The notes under the pieces are model-generated. The model was not told the DNA's origin. It made no database searches and saw only the letters and a list, made by a program, of their open reading frames with translations. A DNA stretch of 27,445 bases from the IMG/VR virus record IMGVR_UViG_3300024246_000004, positions 1 to 27,445 of that record; one strand, 5' to 3'. Below, one piece after another: positions 8,436 to 16,069 of this stretch (position 1 is the first letter of the stretch; each line of letters opens with the position of its first letter). Both the position numbers and the translations under genes were made by a program. This stretch comes from a virus. Its lineage: Duplodnaviria > Heunggongvirae > Uroviricota > Caudoviricetes.

Positions 8436-8517
8436 GCGGCACAGCCCCGGAGCGTTCGGGTTGTAGCTACCCGTTCGGGTTTCACGGGCAAGTTCCCTGA
8501 ACCCGGGGCTGTGCCGC
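8436..8517 (+). ncRNA. Candidate structured small RNA or leader (long interrupted hairpin)
   Basis: 15-bp perfect outer stem (8436-8450/8503-8517), inner GTTCGGG/CCTGAAC and CCCGT/ACGGG stems; begins about 7 nt after a TACAAT -10 box (8423-8428). Confidence 0.45.
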
Positions 8518-8622
8518 CGACAACGCGGGGAGTGTGCACCCCCCTTGGGGTGGTCGTATCGCCACCTCGAAACCCGACGGCGTCCCCTCCCGGCCAGGAC
8601 TGGCGCTGCGGTATTGCACGGC

Positions 8623-8701
8623 CTGTGCGGCTGGCTGCTTCCTCCCCGGAGCTGGCCCGGCTCCCCCACCCGCCGAGTGGGTTCGATTCCCACTGCACGG
8701 A
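8623..8701 (+). ncRNA. Degenerate tRNA-like element lacking a D stem
   Basis: Perfect T arm GUGGG-UUCGAUU-CCCAC (8677-8693); acceptor CUGUGCG/UGCACGG with two GU pairs; 5-bp stem with 7-nt loop GGAGC-UGGCCCG-GCUCC; no D stem, no U33. Confidence 0.35.
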
Positions 8702-8727
8702 CTTGTTCTTGCGTCGAAAGGAGCTCC

Positions 8728-8928
8728 ATGATCAATGCGATATACGTCCTCTGGCTGGCGGGCGCCCTGCTGACCATGCTATGGCTGGACAAGCGCGTGG
8801 ACCGCAGCGGCCTGATCCTTCCGGCCCGCTTCGGGCTCACCGTGATGGTGTGGCTGAGCAGCCTGCTGTTTCCGCTGACCTGGCTGGCCGTCGGCATCGG
8901 CCGCGTGAAGCGGCGGTGGCGCGCATGA
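8728..8928 (+). CDS. Small membrane protein, 66 aa
   Basis: AAAGGAG RBS; two hydrophobic helices, basic C-terminus. Confidence 0.75.
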   Translation: MINAIYVLWLAGALLTMLWLDKRVDRSGLILPARFGLTVMVWLSSLLFPLTWLAVGIGRVKRRWRA

Positions 8929-9098
8929 TCAAGGAGCTTGTCCGCCTAGCACTGTGCTGTGGCGGCGGCGCCGGTTTCCTGGTGTGGATGTTCTCTTCGC
9001 GCCTCACCGCCGGTGGGGCTTTGATCTCGGGCGTGGGCTTCGGCCTGTGCGTCCTGGGCGTCATCGAAGCGGTCCGCGACCTGCGCCGCCGAAACTAA
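8925..9098 (+). CDS. Small membrane protein, 57 aa
   Basis: ATGA overlap; two hydrophobic helices. Confidence 0.7.
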   Translation: MIKELVRLALCCGGGAGFLVWMFSSRLTAGGALISGVGFGLCVLGVIEAVRDLRRRN

Positions 9099-9182
9099 CG
9101 TAGGCAGTTTCTGGTAGGATAGAGACACAAGCGGCCCAAGTACGCGCGAAACCCAAACAAGCCCCGCCGCCGAAGGAGAACC

Positions 9183-9695
9183 ATGCCGAAGACCCCGACC
9201 GAGGTTACCGAAGACCGGTTGCGCCGCGCCGCAAACCGCCAGGGAAAGCGCCTGGTCAAGTCCCACGTGCGCGACCCGCGCTCCCCAGAATACGGCCGGT
9301 ACTTCTTGACCGAAGCCGACGGAGTGCTGGTGGCCTACACAGGCAAGCCGCGCGAGGACGCCCTGACGCTCGGGCAGGTCGAGGAGCGACTGCTCTACCC
9401 GCTGCACCAGGAGTCGCTCGGCCGCTGGTTTTCCCGCGAAGACCAGCTGCGCAACGGCTGGGCCGTGGACCGGGGCTACTTCGCGCGGGAAGTCGTGGAC
9501 ACCCGACGGTGGTACGAAGTGCGCCAGGTCATCTTCGAGGCGCCCGACGACGGCCACATGTACGCGGTGGACCTGTGCTACGGACTCACCGAATACCAGG
9601 AGATGGACCCGTTCGAGCACCTGGAGGAGACGGTCTGGTGCGCGCGCATGGAGCAGCGCCCGGTCACGGAGCTGCGTTGGGTCCCGGTGCAGTGA
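9183..9695 (+). CDS. Hypothetical, apparently two-module protein, 170 aa
   Basis: AAGGAG RBS; N-module RLRRAANRQG.RLVKS..RDPRSPEYGRY and C-module RWYEVRQVIF...YGLTEYQE. Confidence 0.8.
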   Translation: MPKTPTEVTEDRLRRAANRQGKRLVKSHVRDPRSPEYGRYFLTEADGVLVAYTGKPREDALTLGQVEERLLYPLHQESLGRWFSREDQLRNGWAVDRGYFAREVVDTRRWYEVRQVIFEAPDDGHMYAVDLCYGLTEYQEMDPFEHLEETVWCARMEQRPVTELRWVPVQ

Positions 9696-9696
9696 G

Positions 9697-10149
9697 ATGA
9701 CCGAGCGACCTCTCCCTTTCTCGCCCCCCCTGCGGATCCTGGTCACCGGTTCACGCATGTGGGACAAGCCGGGCCTGATCCACCACGTATTAGACGAGGC
9801 CGCCCGCGACTGGTGCGGGGAAGTCGTCATTGTGCACGGCCAGTGCGACCCGCGCGACAAGCTCGGCAAAGTCGTCCCGTGGGAGCGTGCGCTGACCTAC
9901 GACGACTTCCTGCTTGGAGCCGACTGGCACGCCGACCGCTACGCCGTCGCGCGGGGTTGGACACGCGAACCGTACCGGGCGAAGTGGGACCTGTACGGCA
10001 ATTCCGCTGGGCATCGGCGCAACGCGGAGATGGTGGCGCTTGGCGCGAACCTGTGCGTGGGCTTCCCGCTCGGGGACTCGCCGGGCACGCGCGGCTGCGT
10101 GGGGATGGCGCTCAAGGCGCACATTCCGGTGCGCACGGAAGAAGGCTGA
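9697..10149 (+). CDS. SLOG-superfamily protein (DUF2493/YspA-like), 150 aa
   Basis: RILVTGSR, VIVHG, GADWHAD, AGHRRNAEMV, SPGT...A....IPV motifs. Confidence 0.85.
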   Translation: MTERPLPFSPPLRILVTGSRMWDKPGLIHHVLDEAARDWCGEVVIVHGQCDPRDKLGKVVPWERALTYDDFLLGADWHADRYAVARGWTREPYRAKWDLYGNSAGHRRNAEMVALGANLCVGFPLGDSPGTRGCVGMALKAHIPVRTEEG

Positions 10150-10150
10150 C

Positions 10151-10795
10151 ATGCCGAGGCATGAGCTGGTGGACATTCCGGCGGGGCCGCTTACGCACAA
10201 GAACTGGATGCTGCCCGAACTTGGCACCGACCCCTACCCGGGCCGCGACGAGGGCGACGACTTGAACGGCTTCACTGTCCAGCATTTCGGCAGTCACCGA
10301 GGACTCTACGAGTTCTGCCGGAAGCGCCGGGTCGAGGAGTGGGGCGAGACCGTCCAGGCGTACGAGGCGAACCCGCGCCGGTTCGGCGCCGCATGGCGGT
10401 ACCTGGATGCCCACCCCATCCTGTACAAGTTCCGCATGAAGGAAGACGCGGAACTGTCCGACATCCTCCAGGAACGCAACCTGGAACACGAGTTCGGCGT
10501 GGACCGCATCTTCCACCGCGTTGCCGAATGGTGCTCCGAGCAGTGGGAGTGCGACGACGACGAGTGCGGGCACCGCAAGGTGGACATCCACTACATGGAG
10601 CTGGGCAAGTGGGAGTGGCCGCGCGACAAGGATGAGCGCGACCACGACTTCGAGCCGCGCCCCGGTGCCCACAGCTACCACGACTACGAGCTGGACGTGT
10701 ACGGGGGCAACTACGAGGAATGCATCCTCCAGGCCGCGTACCTCGTGTGGAAAAAGTACGGATCCGACCGCCGTATCGCAGACAAGGAGACCTGA
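10151..10795 (+). CDS. Hypothetical protein, 214 aa
   Basis: GAAGG RBS before ATG 10151; acidic and aromatic rich; TGATG overlap downstream. Confidence 0.75.
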   Translation: MPRHELVDIPAGPLTHKNWMLPELGTDPYPGRDEGDDLNGFTVQHFGSHRGLYEFCRKRRVEEWGETVQAYEANPRRFGAAWRYLDAHPILYKFRMKEDAELSDILQERNLEHEFGVDRIFHRVAEWCSEQWECDDDECGHRKVDIHYMELGKWEWPRDKDERDHDFEPRPGAHSYHDYELDVYGGNYEECILQAAYLVWKKYGSDRRIADKET

Positions 10796-11082
10796 TGGGG
10801 TGGAACAGCGGCAACGACATCTTCGACCCTGTTGCCGAGGCGCTCGTCGAGACCGACGCCGATGACGTGGTCCTGCGGCACGCCCTCAGTATCCTGATCG
10901 GCGTACTCCAAAGCGAGGACTGGGACACCGAGTATGAGTCGCTGGAGCGTTTCGCGAACTATCCGCCGGTCGTCGCGGCCTTCCGCGAGCACGGCATCAT
11001 CCTTAAGTGCGGCTGGCCAGACGGGGGCGGCCCCTTCTGCGGGCTGCCGCGCAACCACCAAGGCGATCACAAGGAGAAGTGA
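10795..11082 (+). CDS. Hypothetical phage protein, 95 aa
   Basis: AAGGAG RBS; MGWNSG..IFD...DWDT..ESL pattern; C-terminal C..C...H..H. Confidence 0.75.
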   Translation: MGWNSGNDIFDPVAEALVETDADDVVLRHALSILIGVLQSEDWDTEYESLERFANYPPVVAAFREHGIILKCGWPDGGGPFCGLPRNHQGDHKEK

Positions 11083-12108
11083 ATGCGCGCTCTGAGTAAG
11101 GTCAAGCAGGCCCTGATCAACCACGTTGCCTTCGTGCTCGACGGCTCCTACTCCATGAACCCGTGGCGCAACGACGTCGTCTCGGTGACCGACGACCTGA
11201 TCAAGTTCCTGGCGCGGCGCTCCAAGGAGCTGAACCAGGAGACGCGCGTCACTGTCTATGTTTTCAGCGACAGTTCCGTGTGGTGCGTCTTCTACGACGT
11301 GGATGTGCTGCGCATGCCGTCGATCAAAGACCACTACCGGCCCGACGGCGGAACGCCGCTGCTCAAGGCCACGCTCACCGCGCTGGACGAACTCGACGAG
11401 ACGGCCAAATTGCACGGCGACCACGCCGACCTGGTCTACGTCCTGACCGACGGCGAGAACAACCGCGACTACGGCATGCAGTCGATGCTGGAGAAGCGGC
11501 TGGCCGCGCTGGCGGGGAACCGCACCGTGGGCATCCTCGTGCCCGACCAGAACGGCCGCAGGCACGCCGAAGGGTTCGGGTTCCCGCCGGACAACGTCGC
11601 GATCTGGGACCCTACTTCGGCCGAGGGTGTGGCGCGCGGCGGTCGCACCATCCAGGACGCCACCGAGTCGTACATGACCGGCCGTTCCGTGGGCGTCCGG
11701 GGCACGCGCACGCTGTTCTCCACCGGCGTGGACGCGGTCAACGACGCCACGGTGAAGTCCGCGCTGACCCCGCTGCCCTACTCGCAGTACAAGCTGATCC
11801 CGGTGGGGCCGGAGGATGCCGTCATTCGGCCTTTCGTGGAGGGCTGCGGGTACACCTACCGCATCGGCGATGCCTTCTACCAGCTCATGAAGCCCGAGAC
11901 GATCCAGGCCCGCAAGGAGATCATGATCGTCGAGAACGCCACGGACAAGGTTTTCACCGGCCGCGCCGCCCGCGACCTGATCGGGCTGAAGGACCAGAAC
12001 GAGCGCGTCAAGCCCGACGCGAACAAGCTCTACACCATCTATGTCCAGTCCACCAGCGTCAACCGCAAGCTGCCCGCTGGTAGCAAGCTGTTGCTGCTCA
12101 CCCGCTAG
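11083..12108 (+). CDS. von Willebrand factor A (vWA) domain protein, 341 aa
   Basis: MIDAS elements VAFVLDGSYSM, GGTPL, YVLTDGENN; about 120-aa C-terminal extra domain. Confidence 0.88.
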   Translation: MRALSKVKQALINHVAFVLDGSYSMNPWRNDVVSVTDDLIKFLARRSKELNQETRVTVYVFSDSSVWCVFYDVDVLRMPSIKDHYRPDGGTPLLKATLTALDELDETAKLHGDHADLVYVLTDGENNRDYGMQSMLEKRLAALAGNRTVGILVPDQNGRRHAEGFGFPPDNVAIWDPTSAEGVARGGRTIQDATESYMTGRSVGVRGTRTLFSTGVDAVNDATVKSALTPLPYSQYKLIPVGPEDAVIRPFVEGCGYTYRIGDAFYQLMKPETIQARKEIMIVENATDKVFTGRAARDLIGLKDQNERVKPDANKLYTIYVQSTSVNRKLPAGSKLLLLTR

Positions 12109-12122
12109 CACAAGGAGGAACC

Positions 12123-12266
12123 ATGGGCACGAAAGACCCCGAAGGCGCGCAGGACAAGAGCAGGCAGGAGAAGCAGGACGCGCTCGACAAGAGCAGCCGC
12201 GAATTCAAGGGCGAACCGGAGCCGAAGAACAGCAACCCTGAGGGCGTTCCGGAAGGGGACAGGTGA
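12123..12266 (+). CDS. Small charged, low-complexity protein, 47 aa (not in ORF track)
   Basis: AAGGAGG RBS then ATG 12123; MGTKDPEGAQDKSRQEKQDALDKSSREFKGEPEPKNSNPEGVPEGDR; stop overlaps next GTG. Confidence 0.7.
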   Translation: MGTKDPEGAQDKSRQEKQDALDKSSREFKGEPEPKNSNPEGVPEGDR

Positions 12267-12601
12267 CGGCCGCCGCGTCGCCGCTCGTGGTCATTAGACC
12301 CCTGATGATCGGCGGAGTCCGCTGCATGTGGGGCATCGTGGACCCCACGGACGACCTTGTGCTGTTCGGCGCCGTCGGCCGGAAGGAGGCCGAGGACCTC
12401 GCCGAGATGTGCCAGTACCCCGGCGAGCTGGAGGCGGCGCGGCGCAACGCGCTGAGCCACGCCCACGAGCACACGGAGGACGGCATCGTGTACGACGAAC
12501 GGCGTGCGGCGCACCTTCCCGCCGCCAGTGACTTGCGGGTGCTGGAGCGCGAGCCGATCCCCGGGCGCCCTGCCCCGCCGAAGGACGGTATGGTAGTCTA
12601 G
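12263..12601 (+). CDS. Hypothetical protein, 112 aa
   Basis: GTGA overlap with the 47-aa ORF. Confidence 0.65.
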   Translation: MTAAASPLVVIRPLMIGGVRCMWGIVDPTDDLVLFGAVGRKEAEDLAEMCQYPGELEAARRNALSHAHEHTEDGIVYDERRAAHLPAASDLRVLEREPIPGRPAPPKDGMVV

Positions 12602-12673
12602 GGGCTCCCCGAGGGGCCGCTCTTGGTTCGAAACCCAAAGTACGTCCGCCCCTCGCCGCACAGGGGAGTCTCT

Positions 12674-13060
12674 GTGGACGCTTGGCACCATGCGCAATCC
12701 GCTGCACGCGCTTTCGGGGGAGACCCTGACCTGTACTACCCGATCGAGCGATTCATCGATCAGTCGAAGGAGGGCAGTGTCGGCGACGTCCGGCACCGCG
12801 CCCTCCTGCACCACACCGAAGGCATCCGGATCGTCATCGAAGTGTTCGGCTCCACTCTCGCGGTGCCGCGCACGAACGGCGTGGTCCGGGTGCCTCTTCG
12901 GCGTATCGCGGAACGGCACATCCTGGAGGACGTGGGCTGGCTGCCGAGCCACAAGGACTGGCTTGGCGACACCCCGATCAGGGCGTGGATGTCCGGCTCC
13001 CAACGCAAACAAGTCCCCCTTTCCCACCTCCTCCTGCGAGCCCCTGGAGAAGCAGCATGA
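12674..13060 (+). CDS. His-rich conserved protein (recalled as DUF6915-like), 128 aa
   Basis: WHHAQS.A..FGG, IDQSK...DVRHRALLHHTEG, VP.R.IAERHILEDVG..PS..DW; GGGGAG RBS before GTG 12674. Confidence 0.75.
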   Translation: MDAWHHAQSAARAFGGDPDLYYPIERFIDQSKEGSVGDVRHRALLHHTEGIRIVIEVFGSTLAVPRTNGVVRVPLRRIAERHILEDVGWLPSHKDWLGDTPIRAWMSGSQRKQVPLSHLLLRAPGEAA

Positions 13061-13884
13061 CCGACACGGCCGAACGTAACTTCCTCGGCATTCCGATCAC
13101 GGGCGACGTCAACAGCGAGCGGTCCACGCCGCAGCGCACGAAGGAGGAGTTCGCGGCGATCATGCAGCCGGTGCTCGACGACCCGACGATCACCGCGTTC
13201 GGTTGGCGGCAGTACACCCCGTACTTCAACGACGGCGAGACCTGCTACTTCAACGCGTACAGCCCGTGGTTCAAGACGATCGCCCCCGCGCCCGAGCCGG
13301 TGGTGGAGCGTTCGTATGAGGAGCGGCTGCTCCAGGCGGTGGGCGACCAGTTCCCGTTCCAGTATGTACTGACCACCGCGAATGTCCTCAAGATGGTCGC
13401 CGAGGCCCTCAAGCAGGTGCCGCCGGTGGACCTCGCGAAGGTGCTGGAGGAGCGCGACAGGCTCATCCTGGAGCGGCATGGGGCAGTCCTGGCCCAAGGA
13501 TCTTCTGCGGCCGTCACCTATGTCCAGGGGGTCCTGGCGGACATCCTGGCGCACATCGACGACCCGGAGCCCGACCCGCAGGACGAGGGCGATGATGACG
13601 AATACTGCGATCTCGACGAAGAGTACGGCTTCGAATACGGCAGCAGGCACGGCCTGGGTAAGATCGAGTACGACAGCTGGGGCCAACGACCAGACGGCAC
13701 GCGCGGGCGCCTCAACGAGCGCTACGAGGGCCCGGACGAGGCGCGCTACCGCCGGTGCGAGGCGCTGGACAAGGCGATCCAGGGCGGCGAGTTCGACGCG
13801 GTGCTGCTGGAGCTGTTCGGCGACCACGCGTCGATCACTGTGCGCAAGACGGGCATCGCCGTGGACGGGTACAGCCACGACTGA
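13057..13884 (+). CDS. Conserved actinobacterial/phage hypothetical protein, 275 aa
   Basis: ATGA overlap; FGWRQYTPYFNDGE.C.F and ELFGDHA.ITV motifs. Confidence 0.78.
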   Translation: MTDTAERNFLGIPITGDVNSERSTPQRTKEEFAAIMQPVLDDPTITAFGWRQYTPYFNDGETCYFNAYSPWFKTIAPAPEPVVERSYEERLLQAVGDQFPFQYVLTTANVLKMVAEALKQVPPVDLAKVLEERDRLILERHGAVLAQGSSAAVTYVQGVLADILAHIDDPEPDPQDEGDDDEYCDLDEEYGFEYGSRHGLGKIEYDSWGQRPDGTRGRLNERYEGPDEARYRRCEALDKAIQGGEFDAVLLELFGDHASITVRKTGIAVDGYSHD

Positions 13885-13890
13885 TATACT
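13862..13890 (+). promoter_or_regulatory. Putative promoter TGGACG-17-TATACT
   Basis: Hexamers read directly; predicted start falls at the 5' foot of the 13899 hairpin. Confidence 0.5.
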
Positions 13891-13898
13891 ACGTTAGT

Positions 13899-13955
13899 CC
13901 CCGGACGCGGCCAGGCCCACAGCGAAACCCTTCGGGTCGTCCGCCGCGTCCGGGG
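13899..13955 (+). other. Structured leader: 12-bp stem enclosing a UUCG-capped hairpin
   Basis: CCCCGGACGCGG (13899-13910) / CCGCGTCCGGGG (13944-13955); internal ACCC-TTCG-GGT. Confidence 0.5.
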
Positions 13956-14008
13956 CGATACGTCAAGCAGCTTGCTTTCACCATCGAATTCCACCATGCT
14001 GAGCAACA

Positions 14009-14734
14009 GTGATCGTTGTCCGGCAAGGTGGTGTCGTGTCAGTCTGTCCAGGAAATTGCAACTCGGCTTGGCGTCAAGCGGAGGCTGAGGCGATTCCGCA
14101 CGCAACCACACCACGCCAGGGGTCCCCCGTGTGGTGTTCTTCGTGTGCCCAGGGCATTGAGAGCGCCCTGCGCGCACTGCCGCAGGACCTGGCCAGCCTG
14201 CGCGTCGAGTCCGAGAACGGTTCCACGCCGCAGCACGAACGCGTTTCCGGCACCAAGCCGCACCCCCTCCACCCGCGCGAATCCTTTACGTTCCTCGCGG
14301 AGGACATCTACGGGGTCGTCGTCGCATGGGAAGACGACGTCCGCGACCAGCGCCTCTTCAGCGGTCGGCGCGCTCGCGGCACGCAGGGACGGCAAGTCCA
14401 GGAAGCCGTCCGGTTTCTGACCTCCCACTTCGACTGGCTCATGCAGAGCCATCCACACGCCGAAGCCGTCGTGGACTTCGGACGGGAGATCACCGCGCTG
14501 CACCGCCGGGCGATCAAGGCGATCAAAGCCGACGAGCCGCCGCTGCGCCGGTGCGAGGGCGTGCGCTGCCCGAAGTGCATGATGAAAGCCCTCGTCCATG
14601 AACAGCACTACGACAAGTCCCTGACGGGTTACGTCCTATGTCAGGGCTGTGGGAATCTGCTGACGCAGGCCGAGTACGAGGAGCACCTCAAGCGGGAGGC
14701 GAAAGGCGCGCGCAAGCTGGTGCGCCGTGTTTAA
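14009..14734 (+). CDS. Multi-Zn-finger protein, possible late transcription regulator, about 241 aa
   Basis: CPGNC, CSSC, CPKC and CQGC pairs; position beside HTH and RusA-like genes. Start uncertain; function inferred. Confidence 0.65.
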   Translation: MIVVRQGGVVSVCPGNCNSAWRQAEAEAIPHATTPRQGSPVWCSSCAQGIESALRALPQDLASLRVESENGSTPQHERVSGTKPHPLHPRESFTFLAEDIYGVVVAWEDDVRDQRLFSGRRARGTQGRQVQEAVRFLTSHFDWLMQSHPHAEAVVDFGREITALHRRAIKAIKADEPPLRRCEGVRCPKCMMKALVHEQHYDKSLTGYVLCQGCGNLLTQAEYEEHLKREAKGARKLVRRV

Positions 14735-14960
14735 ATACAGCCTGACGGACCCGCTGTTCGTGGCGATGACCTTCGAGGAGGTCGTCGGTGAGACCGGCCG
14801 CTCCGTGCGCACCGTGCAGCGCTGGGTCAAGGAACGCAAACTCACCGGTTACCAGTCATCCGATGGTACGCTCATCTTCGTGAGGCGCGATGTGCTCCGC
14901 GTGGAGGCGGAGACGTCGGTGCGGCGAGGGCGGCCGGGGGCTCGGCCGCCAACGCTATGA
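14727..14960 (+). CDS. Small HTH DNA-binding protein (excisionase/MerR-like), 77 aa
   Basis: MTFEEVVGETGRSVRTVQRWVKERKLTGY pattern. Confidence 0.8.
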   Translation: MFKYSLTDPLFVAMTFEEVVGETGRSVRTVQRWVKERKLTGYQSSDGTLIFVRRDVLRVEAETSVRRGRPGARPPTL

Positions 14961-15340
14961 ACGACATCAGAATCCTGCTTCCGGCGGGCATGAGTCTGCC
15001 CAACGCCAACAAGAAGGTGCACTGGCGTACCACCTGGCGTCAACAGCAGGCGATCAAGGACCGCACCTATGAGATCGCGATGCTGATGCGCGTACGAGAC
15101 CTCGGCAGGGCCACGTGCACAGCAGTGATCCATCCAGACGTGCGCACGCGGCGATTCGACCCAGCCAATTGGTCGCCCTCGGTCAAGCCCGCAATCGATG
15201 CGGCCGTGCTTGCTGGGGTACTTCGGGATGATTCCTCGAAGTACCTGACGGCGGTCACCTATGTCGCGGGCGCCCCGGTTCCGGGATGGCGCTTGGAGCT
15301 GGTGTTTACTCCGCTTCCGGGGGCTCCGGCCACCACGTAG
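14957..15340 (+). CDS. rusA: RusA-like Holliday junction resolvase, 127 aa
   Basis: RRFDPANWSPSVKPAIDAAVLAGVLRDDS matches the D..N..K...D.....DD catalytic pattern. Confidence 0.75.
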   Translation: MNDIRILLPAGMSLPNANKKVHWRTTWRQQQAIKDRTYEIAMLMRVRDLGRATCTAVIHPDVRTRRFDPANWSPSVKPAIDAAVLAGVLRDDSSKYLTAVTYVAGAPVPGWRLELVFTPLPGAPATT

Positions 15341-15734
15341 TCTCCTCGACGAGCGTCACCCGCTCTCCGCTGAGCCTGTCGTGGACCTCCACGGCGTGCG
15401 CACGGACGCCGTAGTTCCGGGGGTTGTGCGGTTCCAGGTCGAGCGTGAGGCGCACAGGGATGGCTCCGTCCTCCCACTCGTCGTTTTCCTCGCCCTCCAG
15501 GTCGAGTGTGCACACGACGTAGTCGCGGATCATCGGTTCGACCTCGTCGAGCGTACAGGCCTGCGTGGCGCCCTTCTCGATGCCGGGGCCCTGGATGCCG
15601 AAAATCTCCCAGCCGCCCTTCCAGGGCCGGATGGTGGCGTCGTAGCCCCGCTCCTCGGCCTGCGCCCGCTTCGCCTCGCGCTCGCGGCCCTCCCACGCGA
15701 CGTGGCCGCCCGCCGGTTCCCAGATATCGCTCAT
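15306..15734 (-). CDS. HicB-like antitoxin-fold protein, 142 aa
   Basis: Y.ATIR.W.GGWEI....ATQACTLDEVEPMIRDYV resembles the actinobacterial HicB N-domain (TQA..L.E.E.M.RD); GAGG RBS. Confidence 0.55.
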   Translation of the reverse strand: MSDIWEPAGGHVAWEGREREAKRAQAEERGYDATIRPWKGGWEIFGIQGPGIEKGATQACTLDEVEPMIRDYVVCTLDLEGEENDEWEDGAIPVRLTLDLEPHNPRNYGVRAHAVEVHDRLSGERVTLVEETTWWPEPPEAE

Positions 15735-15735
15735 C

Positions 15736-16032
15736 TCATCCTCGCTTTCGGTGGCCCATTTGAATGCGTCCGGCGGCTACGAGGGCCCGGAAGCATGTGA
15801 GCGTGCAGTACAGCAGGTGGTCAGGGCCCGACTTGCAGTGCAGTTCGTAGCCGCAGTTCGCGCAGGCCGAAACGTGGAAGCCGACGTCGCAGGGGAAGCC
15901 GCCGATCGAGCCCAGAAGGTCGCCGTAGTAGCGGCACTGGTGCCCGTTTCCATCCGCCTCGCGCCGCTCGCCAGGGTAATACGCCTTAGCCACTGCCTCA
16001 TCCTCCCAGAAACGCGGCGCCCCCCTCCGCAT
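15736..16032 (-). CDS. Cys-rich hypothetical protein, about 98 aa
   Basis: C..., CANC, HC, C...C; fills the gap in the leftward block; start and RBS weak. Confidence 0.5.
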   Translation of the reverse strand: MRRGAPRFWEDEAVAKAYYPGERREADGNGHQCRYYGDLLGSIGGFPCDVGFHVSACANCGYELHCKSGPDHLLYCTLTCFRALVAAGRIQMGHRKRG

Positions 16033-16069
16033 ATCCGGCGAAGGGGGGCTACTGAGTTAGGGTTTGTAG

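Noticed and set aside
11083-12108. vWA gene as the Ro60/Rsr partner of the Y-like RNA
   Set aside because: The vWA domain starts at the N-terminus, leaving no room for the large helical TROVE ring.
10711-12111. 466-aa minus-strand ORF (and similar long ORFs such as 25671-27071, 5638-6909, 12098-13027, 12760-13878)
   Set aside because: Antisense shadows of well-supported genes, expected at high GC; no RBS or motifs.
12610-12657. Fifth tRNA-like element around GGTTCGAAACC
   Set aside because: Only two T-stem pairs and no acceptor, D or anticodon arms; just a CGAGGGG/CCCCTCG hairpin.
13899-13955. c-di-GMP-I riboswitch or hammerhead ribozyme (CACAGCGAAACC)
   Set aside because: No GNRA tetraloop/receptor second hairpin and no CUGANGA core on either strand.
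14727-14960. Excisionase implying a nearby integrase/att site
   Set aside because: No integrase or att-like repeat in the window; the generic HTH call is retained.
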